The notes: a model not told the origin generated them from the letters alone. Numbered from the stretch's first letter, positions 52,516 through 63,825 are shown. The stretch is 64,000 nucleotides of DNA from Trypanosoma brucei (GCA_000002445.1 CP000068.1:800001-864000); one strand, 5' to 3'. Program-made: numbers and translations.

Positions 52516-54771
52516 ATGGTCGATGAAAAATTACCGACGTTATTTTCACCTAGCGCCACGGTGTCTTTCGCCGCGCGCTCCACGTTGAGTCGTGCCACAC
52601 TCTTTACAACATTGCTGCCTTCCTTAGGAACAACCAAAGTAGAATCCCCGCGGCCCCCGCCTTCTTCACGCCTTTACGCAAAACGTCATAGCTCCGTCTA
52701 CTCGCGCCACCCGCTTGAAACAATTGTTACTGATCAGTCATCATCATCGTCCGCGTGGTGGGCGGCCAACACGGAGAATAAGCGGTATGCCTCCATTGCC
52801 ACCATGAAGGTGCAGGCACTTGAAGAGAAGTTCAACGAGCAGCTGAAGTCATATAATGCTTTCCATCCCGTTGTCGTTGATGGAGGTGCTTACAGCACGC
52901 AGGCTATACAAAGGCGGTTTAACGGTGAGTCTGTTAGTGATTCTCTGTCAAAACTCACTGATTTCGCCGCGACCAGGTCTGTTAGAAGCACCTTCGACGA
53001 TAGTTTCGTCTCCACCATGGAAAAGATATCTGGTGTACAGGGAAACTTCACTCCACGGACTGTGGAAAGGAAAAGAGCGGCAGTAATAACACCTGATGGC
53101 TTGGAACTGTCAAGTAGCTCCTTGTCCCTTCACAGCGACAAGTTCACCGCCGGTATTGAACTTTGGCTGCGTGAGAATAAAGCTTCAGAAGAAGAACTTA
53201 GGCAGAAACGGCTCTTCTACGATTCTCAGCGCGCGAAGAGCGAGCAAAGGGAGCGTTCGCAGTATCGTCAGAAGTGGCAAGCAAAACTCGATGCACTGCA
53301 CGACGAACGGTTAGATGCGTTTGCGCATTCCAAACACTCAAATGTGCTAAGTAAGAGGGTGTCCATCGTGGAAAACTTAACTGCAGCGACTGAGCAGCGG
53401 ATTCTTTGGAGCAAGTTCCTCTCCAGTGAGGCCAATGCTGAATCCGCCGGAAGCCCTCGTACGAAATTTACGAGCACGTGGACTTCTAACAAATCCGCTA
53501 GTAACAATGAATTGCACGAATGGATTGAAGGAAAGTGGCACAACAGTACGCACCGTCATGAGGAAGCAGCACTCAAAATTCAATGTGCATACAGATGTTT
53601 TTGCGCAAAGGAAGAAGTAGCTAGAAGACGTTATGCAAGGCGGATGGTCTTCGCTGGGGTATTGAGCCGTGAAAAAGAAGCGGAAGCAAAGTGGGAAAAT
53701 GCCCTGCGGATGCGCGTGAGCTCGTACGATACCGGTGGTAACACGATGAACCGCTTGAATCCTTCTATTAAACTTTTGAAGGAAAAGTTACTTGCAGTTG
53801 TTGTAAGGCGGAGGAATGCGAAAGCGCAAGAAGAAAGGTACCGGCGCGAAATTGAGGAGTACGCTGCCACGTCCATTCAGCGAGTTTATCGAGGTTACCT
53901 GGGACGGTTTTGGGTGAAACTGATGAGAAATGGTGATCCCGTGGAACAGCTTCGGTTAATCCGAATAGGGAGGGTGGTTGTGTGCTTGCAGGCCCGCTGG
54001 CGTGGATGCCTTGCTCGCGCGGCGATTGAGCGGCAGCGCGCTGCGGTCCTCGTTCTCCAGCGACTTGTGCGCTCAAGAGCGGCGTTTCTTGATCTTTGTA
54101 GAAAGCGCCGTGAAAGGAGGATGGAAGTGGAATATGGTATTCACAAACACTACATAAAGGTTATTATCCGCTTTCTCAAACGATGTGTAAACGACCGCAA
54201 AGAGTACATGAAGGAGCGTTGGGACCAGCTCTTCCTGATTCAACGTATAGGCCGAGGCCGCATTGGCCGTGGTATTGTGGAAAAGAGTTACAAACGTAGA
54301 TGCGCTGCCCAGCTTGTGGTGGCTCTGGCAATTCAGCGACGTTACAGAGGTTGGCGCGGCCGTGTAAAGGCGCAGTACGAACGCGAGCAGCGTGCCGAGA
54401 AATACTTGCAGCTATGTCGTACTGATGCTGTCCAAGTTATTGAGAGGTCGTGGCGCTTTGCGCGCGGATATTACATTGAAAAGAGCAGGAAGGCCAGAAA
54501 GGAGGCGGAGAGAATAGCTCGCATTCTGAGGCGGCAGCGGAGGGAGAAGTTGAACCTGCGGCGCATGAGAATAGCAGCATTGAAGATTCAGTATTGGTAC
54601 TTCAACGCCCGCTATGTCCGGGAGGTGCGGATGAAACGGATTGAGCAACGTAGGGAATTGGTCCGGAGCGAAAGTGCTGAGCGGATTCTTCGCTTCTACC
54701 GTGAGTACAAATTCAGAGCGAATAGGCAGTCGCCGGTGGAAACGGCACCAGCCGCAGAAGAAGAGAATTAA
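52516..54771 (+). CDS. IQ-motif (calmodulin-binding) repeat protein.
   Basis: It has at least six IQ-like motifs: 'ALKIQCAYRCFCAKEEVARRRY', 'ATSIQRVYRGYLGRFWVKL', 'VVCLQARWRGCLARAAIER', 'ALAIQRRYRGWRGRVKAQY', 'VQVIERSWRFARGYYIEK' and 'ALKIQYWYFNARYVREVRMKR'. The first ATG is at 52516; the track start is GTG. Confidence 0.65.
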   Translation: MVDEKLPTLFSPSATVSFAARSTLSRATLFTTLLPSLGTTKVESPRPPPSSRLYAKRHSSVYSRHPLETIVTDQSSSSSAWWAANTENKRYASIATMKVQALEEKFNEQLKSYNAFHPVVVDGGAYSTQAIQRRFNGESVSDSLSKLTDFAATRSVRSTFDDSFVSTMEKISGVQGNFTPRTVERKRAAVITPDGLELSSSSLSLHSDKFTAGIELWLRENKASEEELRQKRLFYDSQRAKSEQRERSQYRQKWQAKLDALHDERLDAFAHSKHSNVLSKRVSIVENLTAATEQRILWSKFLSSEANAESAGSPRTKFTSTWTSNKSASNNELHEWIEGKWHNSTHRHEEAALKIQCAYRCFCAKEEVARRRYARRMVFAGVLSREKEAEAKWENALRMRVSSYDTGGNTMNRLNPSIKLLKEKLLAVVVRRRNAKAQEERYRREIEEYAATSIQRVYRGYLGRFWVKLMRNGDPVEQLRLIRIGRVVVCLQARWRGCLARAAIERQRAAVLVLQRLVRSRAAFLDLCRKRRERRMEVEYGIHKHYIKVIIRFLKRCVNDRKEYMKERWDQLFLIQRIGRGRIGRGIVEKSYKRRCAAQLVVALAIQRRYRGWRGRVKAQYEREQRAEKYLQLCRTDAVQVIERSWRFARGYYIEKSRKARKEAERIARILRRQRREKLNLRRMRIAALKIQYWYFNARYVREVRMKRIEQRRELVRSESAERILRFYREYKFRANRQSPVETAPAAEEEN

Positions 54772-55380
54772 TAAGCATCACCCCGTGTTGGGAATATTAT
54801 GTTATTTTTCCATTTGTTTCTTTGTTTCGTGCCATTTATAGGCTTCTAGATGCATATTCGACTTGGATCCTGGACTACCTTCTCATGTATTCAAGGGGTA
54901 CCTGGATGAGAGTAAGAGAAACTGAATCGCATTGGATGTTTGGTTGTTATTCGCCCTTCTTCCCTTATTTTTTGACATGTTTGTTGGTCTGCAATATTTA
55001 TTGTAGACCATGCTGTTTTGTCGGACAAAACATGTTAAAGATGAAGCTTCAATGCTGAACTGTGCGGTTTTTCTTCTTGTAGTATATATGTATATGTACT
55101 GATGTTTTTGTAGCCCATTACGTGAGACACACGTAGTGTGGATTTTCCGCATGTAAAAAAGGTGGTCACGTCCGTTACAAAAAAAAAAGGTTTTTTTTCC
55201 AGAATATGTTTGACTCTGGGCTTTCAGGGTCGAATTCTTTCTCTTTAAATTTCTCTTCCCCCATTTGACCACATCATCCCCATCTCCACGGTATAGGAAT
55301 TCTCTTATAGTGTAGCACTGTTACCACATCCCATTAACTGATTATATATATATATATATATTACATATTGTCGAATACCA

Positions 55381-56232
55381 ATGCCAATAAATAACTGTGA
55401 ATTGGACGCTGCTCTGCAGTTAGCCCTCCGGGCTGCTCATGGGGTTGCATGCACTATTGATAAAGCCATGGAAGAGCGGGACACAACACTACTTGACATT
55501 CAAACCAGGGAAAATGGGGAGGGTTTGATTACACAATATGATAAGCAGTGCGAGGAAGAAATAATTGCCATCCTTCGCTTAGGCGCACCGAGTTACGATA
55601 TCATCAGCGAGGAGCTTCACAGCGACACGGTACTGACGGACGCACCGACGTGGATGGTGAGCACCATCAACGGGACTTCTAGCTTTATCCATGGCCTTTT
55701 CGACTGCTGCGTCTCTATAGCCCTCGTTGTAGACAAGGAACCTGTCATCGGCGTTGTTAATGCTCCGAGACTGCATGAAGTTTATTCTGCTATTCGGGGT
55801 CGTGGTGCATATCTCAATGGTCAACGCATTCGAGTCTCAGAGACGCGTAGCATTAACCAATCTGTTGTGTACCTTCACAACCCTTGCGGAGAAGGAGAGG
55901 TTGTGGTGAACACCGTAATTGAGATGCAGAAGGAATTTACGAGGATGCCCGTGCACGCTCTTCGTGTTCATGGTTCTGTCGCGCTTGACATGTGCTTCAT
56001 TGCCACGGGTCGTGCTGAGCTCTTTCTTAAAGTTGGTGTGCATCCGTGGGATGTTGCCGCCGCCACCGTCATTGTGCGTGAGGCAGGAGGAGTTGTCCAC
56101 GATATTGACAATTTAAACATCCTGGATCTCACAACGTGCACGGTGTGCTGTGCTAACTCGAGCGAGATCTCTAACATAGGAGTGGGAGTTGCAGCTAAAC
56201 ATGGCTACAAAAAATCGGTGTTAGGATGCTAG
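55381..56232 (+). CDS. Inositol monophosphatase (IMPase/FIG superfamily)-fold protein with a degenerate metal-binding motif.
   Basis: It aligns to human IMPA1. 'IISEELHSDTVLTDAPTWMVSTINGTSSFIHG' corresponds to 'FIGEES...[22 protein letters not shown]'. 'GVHPWDVAAATVIVREAGGVV' corresponds to 'GIHCWDVAGAGIIVTEAGGVL'. The canonical DPIDGT reads STINGT here. Confidence 0.7.
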   Translation: MPINNCELDAALQLALRAAHGVACTIDKAMEERDTTLLDIQTRENGEGLITQYDKQCEEEIIAILRLGAPSYDIISEELHSDTVLTDAPTWMVSTINGTSSFIHGLFDCCVSIALVVDKEPVIGVVNAPRLHEVYSAIRGRGAYLNGQRIRVSETRSINQSVVYLHNPCGEGEVVVNTVIEMQKEFTRMPVHALRVHGSVALDMCFIATGRAELFLKVGVHPWDVAAATVIVREAGGVVHDIDNLNILDLTTCTVCCANSSEISNIGVGVAAKHGYKKSVLGC

Positions 56233-56632
56233 TGGGTTCTTGAAAGCGCACGTTTTCCTTAATAGGAGAATTTCTTATTTCTATCCACACCATTCTATAC
56301 TCCAATTTTTACTATGTTTCCTTCATCAGTGAGTAGGTCCTCCTTTTTTTTCAGCTTGCGTGGTGTCCTTAGCCACTTACTGGCACAATGGTGTGGCAAA
56401 GGTTTTTTTAGACACCAGACGGAGAACGGGCGGAGCGAGTAATACGACAGGCAGATGAACTTTTGATGCCCAATCGTGGGCGCACTTGCACGTGCGAATC
56501 AGTGTGCTCTCTTTCTTATATTCTTTCTACTATACTCTTAGTCTGGTCACACGGTTTTAGTCTAAGGTACGTGTGCTTAGTGGAAGCTGCTCATAAGCCG
56601 CATATCAGCCATCGCCACCCTCCGCTACTGAA

Positions 56633-57439
56633 ATGTCAGAGCATGCAACGACCGATTTAGAAGGCAGATATGCCCAGTTGGCCACAATTCAGAGTGAAAT
56701 CGACGCAGCACCACTACTTTCCCCTACTGTCGAAAAACTCGGAGACGGCTGTAACTTAATGACTGAATTTTCTGACAACCCGCCGATGCTCGTCAAAGTT
56801 GTTTCCCTCTGGAGGAACGAAGAAACCAAATACAAGGGTATACGCTATGCACGCCGCGATGGGAACTGTTTCTACCGTTCAGTGGTGTTTGGCATGCATG
56901 AGTCGCTACTGAACAATAAGGAGCGTGCCGGTGCCCACCTTGAGCGGATTACGGACCTCAGTAGGCAAGTTGTGGCCGATTACGGCAACTTTGCCGAAGA
57001 TTTCTGCCATCCCGCCGTCGAAATGGCTAAGAAAATAGAGTCGGGTGAGTGCTCAACGGTGGAGCAGCTGTATGAACTGTCCACTAATGGAGAAGCGGAG
57101 TACGCACTCTACTTCTACCGATATGCCGTGTCACATCATATTCGTACACATGAAGATGACTTTCTGCCGTTTGTAGTTGGAATGGGCCACGAAACGGTGT
57201 CGGAGTTCTGCTCAGTGGAAGTTGATGCGGTCGCGAGCGAGGCAGATAATGTGCAGGTGGTGGCCTTCGCGCAATGCTTCGACGTGCGCGTTATTGTGGA
57301 GTATGTGGATGGCAGAGAAGGCGACTGCACTACACGGCATACATTTCAGCAAAAGGACTCACACGACGCTAACGAGTACACCACTATCGAGGTAACGCTA
57401 CTCTATCGACCGGGTCATTACGACCTTCTTTACAAGTAG
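56633..57439 (+). CDS. OTU-domain ubiquitin thioesterase, otubain-like.
   Basis: 'ARRDGNCFYRSVVFG' carries the catalytic Cys, as in OTUB1 'RPDGNCFYRAFGF'. The C-terminus 'LLYRPGHYDLLYK' corresponds to 'YRPGHYDILYK', which carries the catalytic His. ATG at 56633. Confidence 0.8.
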   Translation: MSEHATTDLEGRYAQLATIQSEIDAAPLLSPTVEKLGDGCNLMTEFSDNPPMLVKVVSLWRNEETKYKGIRYARRDGNCFYRSVVFGMHESLLNNKERAGAHLERITDLSRQVVADYGNFAEDFCHPAVEMAKKIESGECSTVEQLYELSTNGEAEYALYFYRYAVSHHIRTHEDDFLPFVVGMGHETVSEFCSVEVDAVASEADNVQVVAFAQCFDVRVIVEYVDGREGDCTTRHTFQQKDSHDANEYTTIEVTLLYRPGHYDLLYK

Positions 57440-58157
57440 TTATACGGGTTGAGCTTGCACTAAGTCCTTCTTACATGTTTGTTCCTGTTCGGTGAAAAGG
57501 GGGTTATTTACACCCCTCCCCGCCTCTTCTTAGGCGTGAAAAGCATTGAATAGATCTGAGAGGGAAAGATAAAGCGAAGCGAGAGTTTGAATGGCAAAAG
57601 AGGTAATAGAGTTGGATGTCATCACTACTTGCATACCTTTTTTTTTTTGCTTTAACACGAGTAAGTGGTGAGGCTGGCAAGAGTGACACTCCAATGTCAA
57701 ATCATAAATAGTAACCATTTTTGGTCGCAGGACAGGGTGTGTTTGTACCTTTCGGTTTGGAAAAAAAAAATGGAGTTGAGAGAGGTGTTGTCAGTTTTGC
57801 CATCTTTACGAGGGTGATGCCACGTACAAACCCCTCCTTTCATGAGCAGTTATTGAACTCTCACGGCTGCTTTCGCAGTTCTTTTATGTATCATGGACTC
57901 TCCAACGTGCATTGCCATCCAAAATTACCCCCGACTCCTCTCTTCCTATTGCTAACATGATCAACATCTGAATTCTCGCTGTAGAAGTTACCACGGCGAA
58001 GGGAATAGGTGCAAAAAAAAAAATTGCATCGAAGGTGAACTGCATTTGATCAGCTCCGTGATTTGGGGAAGCGGGAGGGGAGGTCGACCAACACAATCTA
58101 GCAGAGGAGCGAGTTCCTGTGAAAACCCCCGTTAAGATACCGCTCCATCTTTAATTG

Positions 58158-60932
58158 ATGAGCTCTTCACAAGGAGAAATGCCCCGACCGGTGGTATCGG
58201 GTGCGGGTGCACTTCGGTGGGGAGAGAGCACCAACAACAACACCAGTAGTGGTAATGCGAGTTGCGTTACTACCACGGTATCTGTTTTTCGGCAGAGTGT
58301 TGATAATTGTAGCGGTGAGTGTTCGAACAAAACAGCGGTAGTAGCGTCGTTGCCCAGTTTGTTTAGCGGCATGGAGGTAACGAGAACACAGTGCAGGAGA
58401 CGTGCAGCGGCCGAAAGAACGGGAACATCGCATACTTCCCGAGCCGAATCTTTAGTTTCAGGAACACTTCATAGTGAGGTAGTTTCAACCGAAGTGAAAA
58501 CTGTAGAAAGTGTCTTCACGGGAGCTGTTGGAAACCAAACATTTTCTTATGAAAGTGAGCAAGGGGTGGAGGAAAGAGGTGAATTCAATGCGAGGTTCCA
58601 GGAGGTTGATGAAACCCCTGTTCGACGCAGCCCATTAGCGACCCAAGAGGATGCCAGAGCTGCAGTCTTGATGGGGAACGTCAAAGAAGCCGTTAGTACT
58701 CCTTCGGTAAACTCCGCTGTTGAAATGAGTGCTCCTCAACATAATGTGAAACCTAGCAACGTGATGTTCCCTGAGAGAGGTACACTCTCGTTTATGAAGT
58801 CCGCATTTGGATTTATCTCCGGCCAAGGCGAAAAACATGAAAACTCGGGAGAGGTGGCTGATTACGATGCCAAAAACGACGTTGGAGGGAGTGATGATGC
58901 ACCCATTATCCCACCACTTTGCGCACTTTATGGGTCCAAAATTCTTTCTGGTAATTGTTCAGAAAAAACACAACATGCTGAAGAAGCAGCAGCAGCACTT
59001 GTGCTTCCCCTGCAACATGAATTTAAAGGAAACCTTACCACGGAGAGCATGAACGATGGAAGGTGTGATTATGTTGCCATTAATTCTTGTTGCTTTCCCA
59101 CCAGGGGTGAAGGGAACTACGTGAGCACGGTGGATGACCGAGAAGATCGCCTGAACAATCAAGTGAGAGCTGTGGGCACTTTGGAACCTTACAATACTTC
59201 AAATATCTTGGGGGAAGGCGTGGAAATGGATCAGCAACAGGTCACACACCCAAGGAATATCTCTGGGAGTGTTAAAAACAGAAAACCGTGGGAAGAACGA
59301 TGGGACAGGCGCCGCCAAGAGGTTCGCGAGGCGGAGCGCAACGTCCTGAAAGCAGTTGAAACTATCGCGATCAAACTTGGCGAAGTCCATGCTTCCATTG
59401 AGGAGCGTCGAAAGATTGTACGCGCGGCCTCCGAAGTGGAAAAACGTATCGAGCAATGTATCATCGAGGAGGCATTTGACGGGGCAGAGGCTCTAAACGC
59501 AGAGCTGACACACCTGTTCCACCGTGTGGCAGAGCTGGATGACGAGACGCTGAACTCATTTTTACCGTCCTTAACCAAGTATGGCACTCATTTGCAATCA
59601 GAGGTGATAGCTTTCGCAGAACTTCTTCGTCAGCACCATCAAGATGTTTTGGATTCCGGAGATACCGCTGAATTGGAGATCCAAACTTTCATTACAGAAT
59701 CAACGCAACGTCTCAACAGTCTTCTTAAAGATATCGCCTCCCAAATGGAGAGGTCGATAGGGAAGCAGCAGATTGCACAGCAAAAGATGAATGAGATATG
59801 CGAACGTAAGGATGGTATAATGAAGACAATACGAGAGCAGAACTACGGAACACTGGAAATACAACAACAGTTAGGCAGCGAGGTGGCGGAAATCGATGAG
59901 GAAATGGAAGAGCTGGAAGCGAAGCTTGCAGAGCTGAGACGCCTTCGTGCAATCAAGATGGAAAAAATGAAAGAGATGGAACAACGGGTAAGATGTAGCT
60001 TGGATGAGCGCCGCATGCTGGAAAGTGAGTTGGACAAACTCATCACACGGGCGGAAAAGAATTTATTCGCGGCAAACGAAGAGGTTGAGAAGCTGCGTGT
60101 CGAACTGGAGTCGTATGAAAGTGGTAGGGCAGCGTTTGAAGTGAAGAAGGAGCTTATTCTTGAGGAGTGGGAGTGTGAAACCTCCACAGCCGGAGGTTGC
60201 GATCTGCGTCGCGTATCGCTGGAAACGCAAACACTTACTTCTGTACGTGAATATACGTCGTCACTCACCACCCTCTTGCGGCTACGAAGCGACGGCATTT
60301 GTTTTCTTGGTGACGTGGCGCCATCCATTGATCCCTCTTCACCGGAATCCCAAGACTGCCTCCTATCGGTTACACACAACCTCCGGAAGAAGTTGAGCGA
60401 TCTTGAGATGGAGAACGAAATGAATGATAAGTTGGTCAAATTACTTGACGTTAAATTAGTAGAAATGCGAAGCAGTTTAGCTGTACTAGGGGCAATGAAA
60501 CAAACTGCCATTCAGGCGAGACAATTCAGAGAGGCGCAGGCGAAATCCGATGAGATACGTGAACTTTCTGATGCCATCAAAAGAGAGGAGGAAACTCGAA
60601 CCAACATCCAAAAGAGGTTACAAACAATTGGCGATCTTCGAGAGGAGCTTCAAAAGAGGTTGTGTGACGAAAACAGTCAATGTGAAGTTAAGGTCAGGGA
60701 GTATCTATTCAACTATAAAAGTTGTATCGACAAGACGGAGGAGGCGGGTGCTGCATTGGTGGACGCGCTTCATAATTCCATCGGTAAGGAATCGATGCTT
60801 GGAAGTGTTGACCTCGTAGAGGCAACACAGCAGCTGGTGGATGTACTGAGGGAAGAACTCGAAGGTGCAAGTATGGCTTCGTCTTTAAATCCAGTGGATC
60901 AACAGAGCTCTGAGGCGGTCAAATACGAGTGA
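58158..60932 (+). CDS. Large hypothetical coiled-coil protein (924 aa).
   Basis: The first ATG is at 58158; the track start is TTG. The N-terminal ~350 aa are Ser/Thr/Glu-rich. The C-terminal ~550 aa are heptad-rich (e.g. 'EEMEELEAKLAELRRLRAIKMEKMKEMEQRVRCSLDERRMLESELDKLITRAEKNLFAANEEVEKLRVELESYESG'). The antisense ORF at 59843..60511 is judged spurious. Confidence 0.55.
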   Translation: MSSSQGEMPRPVVSGAGALRWGESTNNNTSSGNASCVTTTVSVFRQSVDNCSGECSNKTAVVASLPSLFSGMEVTRTQCRRRAAAERTGTSHTSRAESLVSGTLHSEVVSTEVKTVESVFTGAVGNQTFSYESEQGVEERGEFNARFQEVDETPVRRSPLATQEDARAAVLMGNVKEAVSTPSVNSAVEMSAPQHNVKPSNVMFPERGTLSFMKSAFGFISGQGEKHENSGEVADYDAKNDVGGSDDAPIIPPLCALYGSKILSGNCSEKTQHAEEAAAALVLPLQHEFKGNLTTESMNDGRCDYVAINSCCFPTRGEGNYVSTVDDREDRLNNQVRAVGTLEPYNTSNILGEGVEMDQQQVTHPRNISGSVKNRKPWEERWDRRRQEVREAERNVLKAVETIAIKLGEVHASIEERRKIVRAASEVEKRIEQCIIEEAFDGAEALNAELTHLFHRVAELDDETLNSFLPSLTKYGTHLQSEVIAFAELLRQHHQDVLDSGDTAELEIQTFITESTQRLNSLLKDIASQMERSIGKQQIAQQKMNEICERKDGIMKTIREQNYGTLEIQQQLGSEVAEIDEEMEELEAKLAELRRLRAIKMEKMKEMEQRVRCSLDERRMLESELDKLITRAEKNLFAANEEVEKLRVELESYESGRAAFEVKKELILEEWECETSTAGGCDLRRVSLETQTLTSVREYTSSLTTLLRLRSDGICFLGDVAPSIDPSSPESQDCLLSVTHNLRKKLSDLEMENEMNDKLVKLLDVKLVEMRSSLAVLGAMKQTAIQARQFREAQAKSDEIRELSDAIKREEETRTNIQKRLQTIGDLREELQKRLCDENSQCEVKVREYLFNYKSCIDKTEEAGAALVDALHNSIGKESMLGSVDLVEATQQLVDVLREELEGASMASSLNPVDQQSSEAVKYE

Positions 60933-61329
60933 GTATGCAAAACAAAGTAAGAAAATATTATTCAAGGCAGCGTGTACAGCCGAACAGTTGATTAGTATAA
61001 TTTGTTCCTTGAATTGCATTCTCTTGAGGGTTAATGTGACACCGTCAGCGCAAGTTTTCATCGGTGCATTGTCAAGTTTTGCAAACAAAAGCAGCGTCTC
61101 CTATAGCTGAGTTTACAACCAACATTGTTGCTGCACCCCCTCTTCTTTTCACACATCTTTTTATATGTATTGTTGGTGTTACTGCGTTCATTTGTCACAT
61201 TTTCAACATTGTTCACGCTGGTACATAAATAGTACCCGCTGAGTGTACACTTCTTTTTTTTAAAAAAAACGTACGAAGCTGCCTAACGTTCATAGTGTGA
61301 GGGAAACCTTTTTTGTAGCATTGTTGCCA

Positions 61330-61432
61330 CTGCCACACAATTTTATCGTTGTTTTTTTTTCTCTGTGCAGTAATGCCTCATTCACCTTTTTTTTTTGTTG
61401 AACTCTCTTCTCGTGCTCAGATTCATCTGCAA
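61330..61432 (+). promoter_or_regulatory. Polypyrimidine tracts with AG dinucleotides upstream of ZPR1.
   Basis: 'gttgtttttttttctctgtgcag...ccttttttttttgttgaactctcttctcgtgctcag' lies within about 100 nt of the ATG at 61441. Confidence 0.45.
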
Positions 61433-61440
61433 GAGCTTTA

Positions 61441-62856
61441 ATGGCTGAAACACCAAAGGAGATTCCGCCGGATGAAGCACCGCTACGAGCGGCGATGGGG
61501 GAGGTTCAGGAAGATGTCGCGCATAACACGGAGGGCGATGAGGAGAGTACCGCAAATTGTATTCGGACGGAACTAGGCGAAATGAATGAAATTGAATCCC
61601 GGTGCCCGCGGTGCGGAGGGAACGGGACCACGCGCCTCATGATTACGAACATACCCCACTTTAAAGAGGTGATCGTCAGCAGTTTTGAATGTCCTCACTG
61701 TGGTGAGCGAAATAACGAAGTTACATTTGGAGGTGAGTTTGGACCAAAATCAGTGCGGTACGAACTAGAGGTGAAATCAAAGAAGGATTTGGATCGTCAG
61801 GTTGTAAAGTCAGAGTACGCAACAATTCGTATACCTGAGTTGGATCTGGAAATACCTCGGGAGTCGCAACGAGGTGTGCTTAACACTGTCGAGGGGTTTC
61901 TGGAGCAAACGGAGTCTGGTTTACAGCTTCAGCAACCACTTCGTCGAATACAGCATCCCGAATTGTATGAGAAACTTGAGACCTTCTGTGAGAAGGTCCG
62001 ACAATATCGCACTGGAGATGTGCCCTTTACATTCATCATTGATGACCCCGCAGGTAACAGTTACGTCGAGGCTTACTATGATTACTACCACCCAACCATT
62101 GATCCTCAATTGACACGGTATGAAAAGGAGCGGACGAACATTGACCGTCAACTTCTCGGGTTAACAATTGAATACAATACGCAGAGAACGGATGCGGAGC
62201 AGCGTGAGGTGCAGGAGGGGCAATTTGATGACGTAGTACGTATGGAAACAGAGTGCAGTGCATGCAAAAAACCTGGATTCATAAATATTCAGCAGGTTAA
62301 TATCCCATATTTCAAGGAAACCGTCATTATGGCGTTCCGTTGTGATTTCTGCGGTTACAAGAGTAACGAAGTGAAATCTGGTGGTGCAGTAGCAGAGAAG
62401 GGACTTAAAATAACACTTGAAGTGAAGTCGGAGAGCGATCTGAAGCGTGATGTCCTCAAATCCGACAGCACAACATTGTTGATCCCCGAAGTCGCGCTAG
62501 AGTTGGCCCCTGGAACGCTTGGCGGCTTCTTTTCAACAGTTGAGGGAACACTCATGATGGTGCGTGACCAGCTGAAAAGTTTACCACAGGCGCAATTTGC
62601 TAAAGGTGATGCGGCGGCTACCGATCCGGAGGCTAAAACGCTAACTACCTTCGTAAAAGAACTTGAGCATCTGTTGGAGCTGAAGAGGCCTTTCACATTC
62701 ATTCTCGACGACCCGTTGGCGAACGTTTACATTCAAAACCCCCGTGAGCATCTGCCACCACCGGAGAATGAAGACCCGCAGTTGACAAAAACATATTATA
62801 CCCGTACTTTCGAACAGGACGAAGAACTTGGCTTCCATCAGATGAATGTCAACTAG
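61441..62856 (+). CDS. ZPR1: ZPR1 zinc-finger protein.
   Basis: Two ZPR1-type C4 fingers are each followed by an A/B domain. The first is 'CPRCGGNGTTRLMITNIPHFKEVIVSSFECPHCGERNNEV'. The second is 'CSACKKPGFINIQQVNIPYFKETVIMAFRCDFCGYKSNEV'. The two-module architecture (471 aa) is typical of ZPR1. Confidence 0.9.
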   Translation: MAETPKEIPPDEAPLRAAMGEVQEDVAHNTEGDEESTANCIRTELGEMNEIESRCPRCGGNGTTRLMITNIPHFKEVIVSSFECPHCGERNNEVTFGGEFGPKSVRYELEVKSKKDLDRQVVKSEYATIRIPELDLEIPRESQRGVLNTVEGFLEQTESGLQLQQPLRRIQHPELYEKLETFCEKVRQYRTGDVPFTFIIDDPAGNSYVEAYYDYYHPTIDPQLTRYEKERTNIDRQLLGLTIEYNTQRTDAEQREVQEGQFDDVVRMETECSACKKPGFINIQQVNIPYFKETVIMAFRCDFCGYKSNEVKSGGAVAEKGLKITLEVKSESDLKRDVLKSDSTTLLIPEVALELAPGTLGGFFSTVEGTLMMVRDQLKSLPQAQFAKGDAAATDPEAKTLTTFVKELEHLLELKRPFTFILDDPLANVYIQNPREHLPPPENEDPQLTKTYYTRTFEQDEELGFHQMNVN

Positions 62857-63825
62857 CGTATAAATGGCCGCCGGATCTGAAAAATGGATGCTTGTAAGGG
62901 CGTCCCACGTGTTACCTTTACTCCTTACTAACTTTAAGTGTCATAGCTCTTTGAATCCCCTTATGGCTTCAATCAGCGTATATTTAGGACGAAGACGAGT
63001 CGCATTTAAGTGTAATATTTTCCACTTTCGCTGGGGATTTTTGAATCGTCTCATGCACTATGTTAGTCTCACCCGGTTGGTTCCTCTCTTTCTAATGAAG
63101 CACGTACAAAAAAAACACTGCGCGATATCATCCGGCAACACTTTCATTTGTTTACCTCCTGTTTTTTTCTTTTTTGTGCGGTGTTATTAAAGCTTAGGGA
63201 TGCAGCGGCCGAAAACGAAGGGGACAGCATACGGGGGAAAAAATAGGAGGGTGAAGAATTGATAATAATTACGTCCATTGACACAACCGATAGTCCAAAT
63301 CACTCGTATTTGGCGGAATCGCGTGAACTCTTACACAAAATAGACATTTAATGTGGTAAATCACCTCAGCAGTTGATTAAACCCTTGCTGCTTAGGAATG
63401 AAAAGAATAAAACATGTGCGGTTAGTCAAGTCAATCGACCTGATGTTTCGTGTGTTATGTAGTGGTGCCATTACTGATGCAGATAGCTGGCGGCTTCAAG
63501 TTGGCTTTGCAATTTTGTTTCACGTAATTGCTTATCTTCTGTATTTATTTATTATTATTATTATTTTGCACTGTATTTACACCATAGTAGCGTACGTAAA
63601 CATATGCGTGTTAGAACCAGAACCTTTGCCTTCGCCGACTCATATCAGGTGTGGGATGTTTACTCTGTTCTCAAAGACGATTTTGAAGCTCTTTCTCTCC
63701 ACTACATCACCTACGTTATATCAATATTACTGTTATTTTGACCATCACTTAACATTTACAATTTGGAACTCCAGCGGGAGCGCGGACATAAGCCACGTCC
63801 AAATAGAAACAAGTGGAATACAAAG

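Noticed and set aside
59843-60511. 222-aa minus-strand ORF inside the coiled-coil gene
   Set aside because: It is antisense to a Glu/Lys/Leu heptad-rich region and translates as a Ser/Phe/Leu-rich peptide. Judged spurious.
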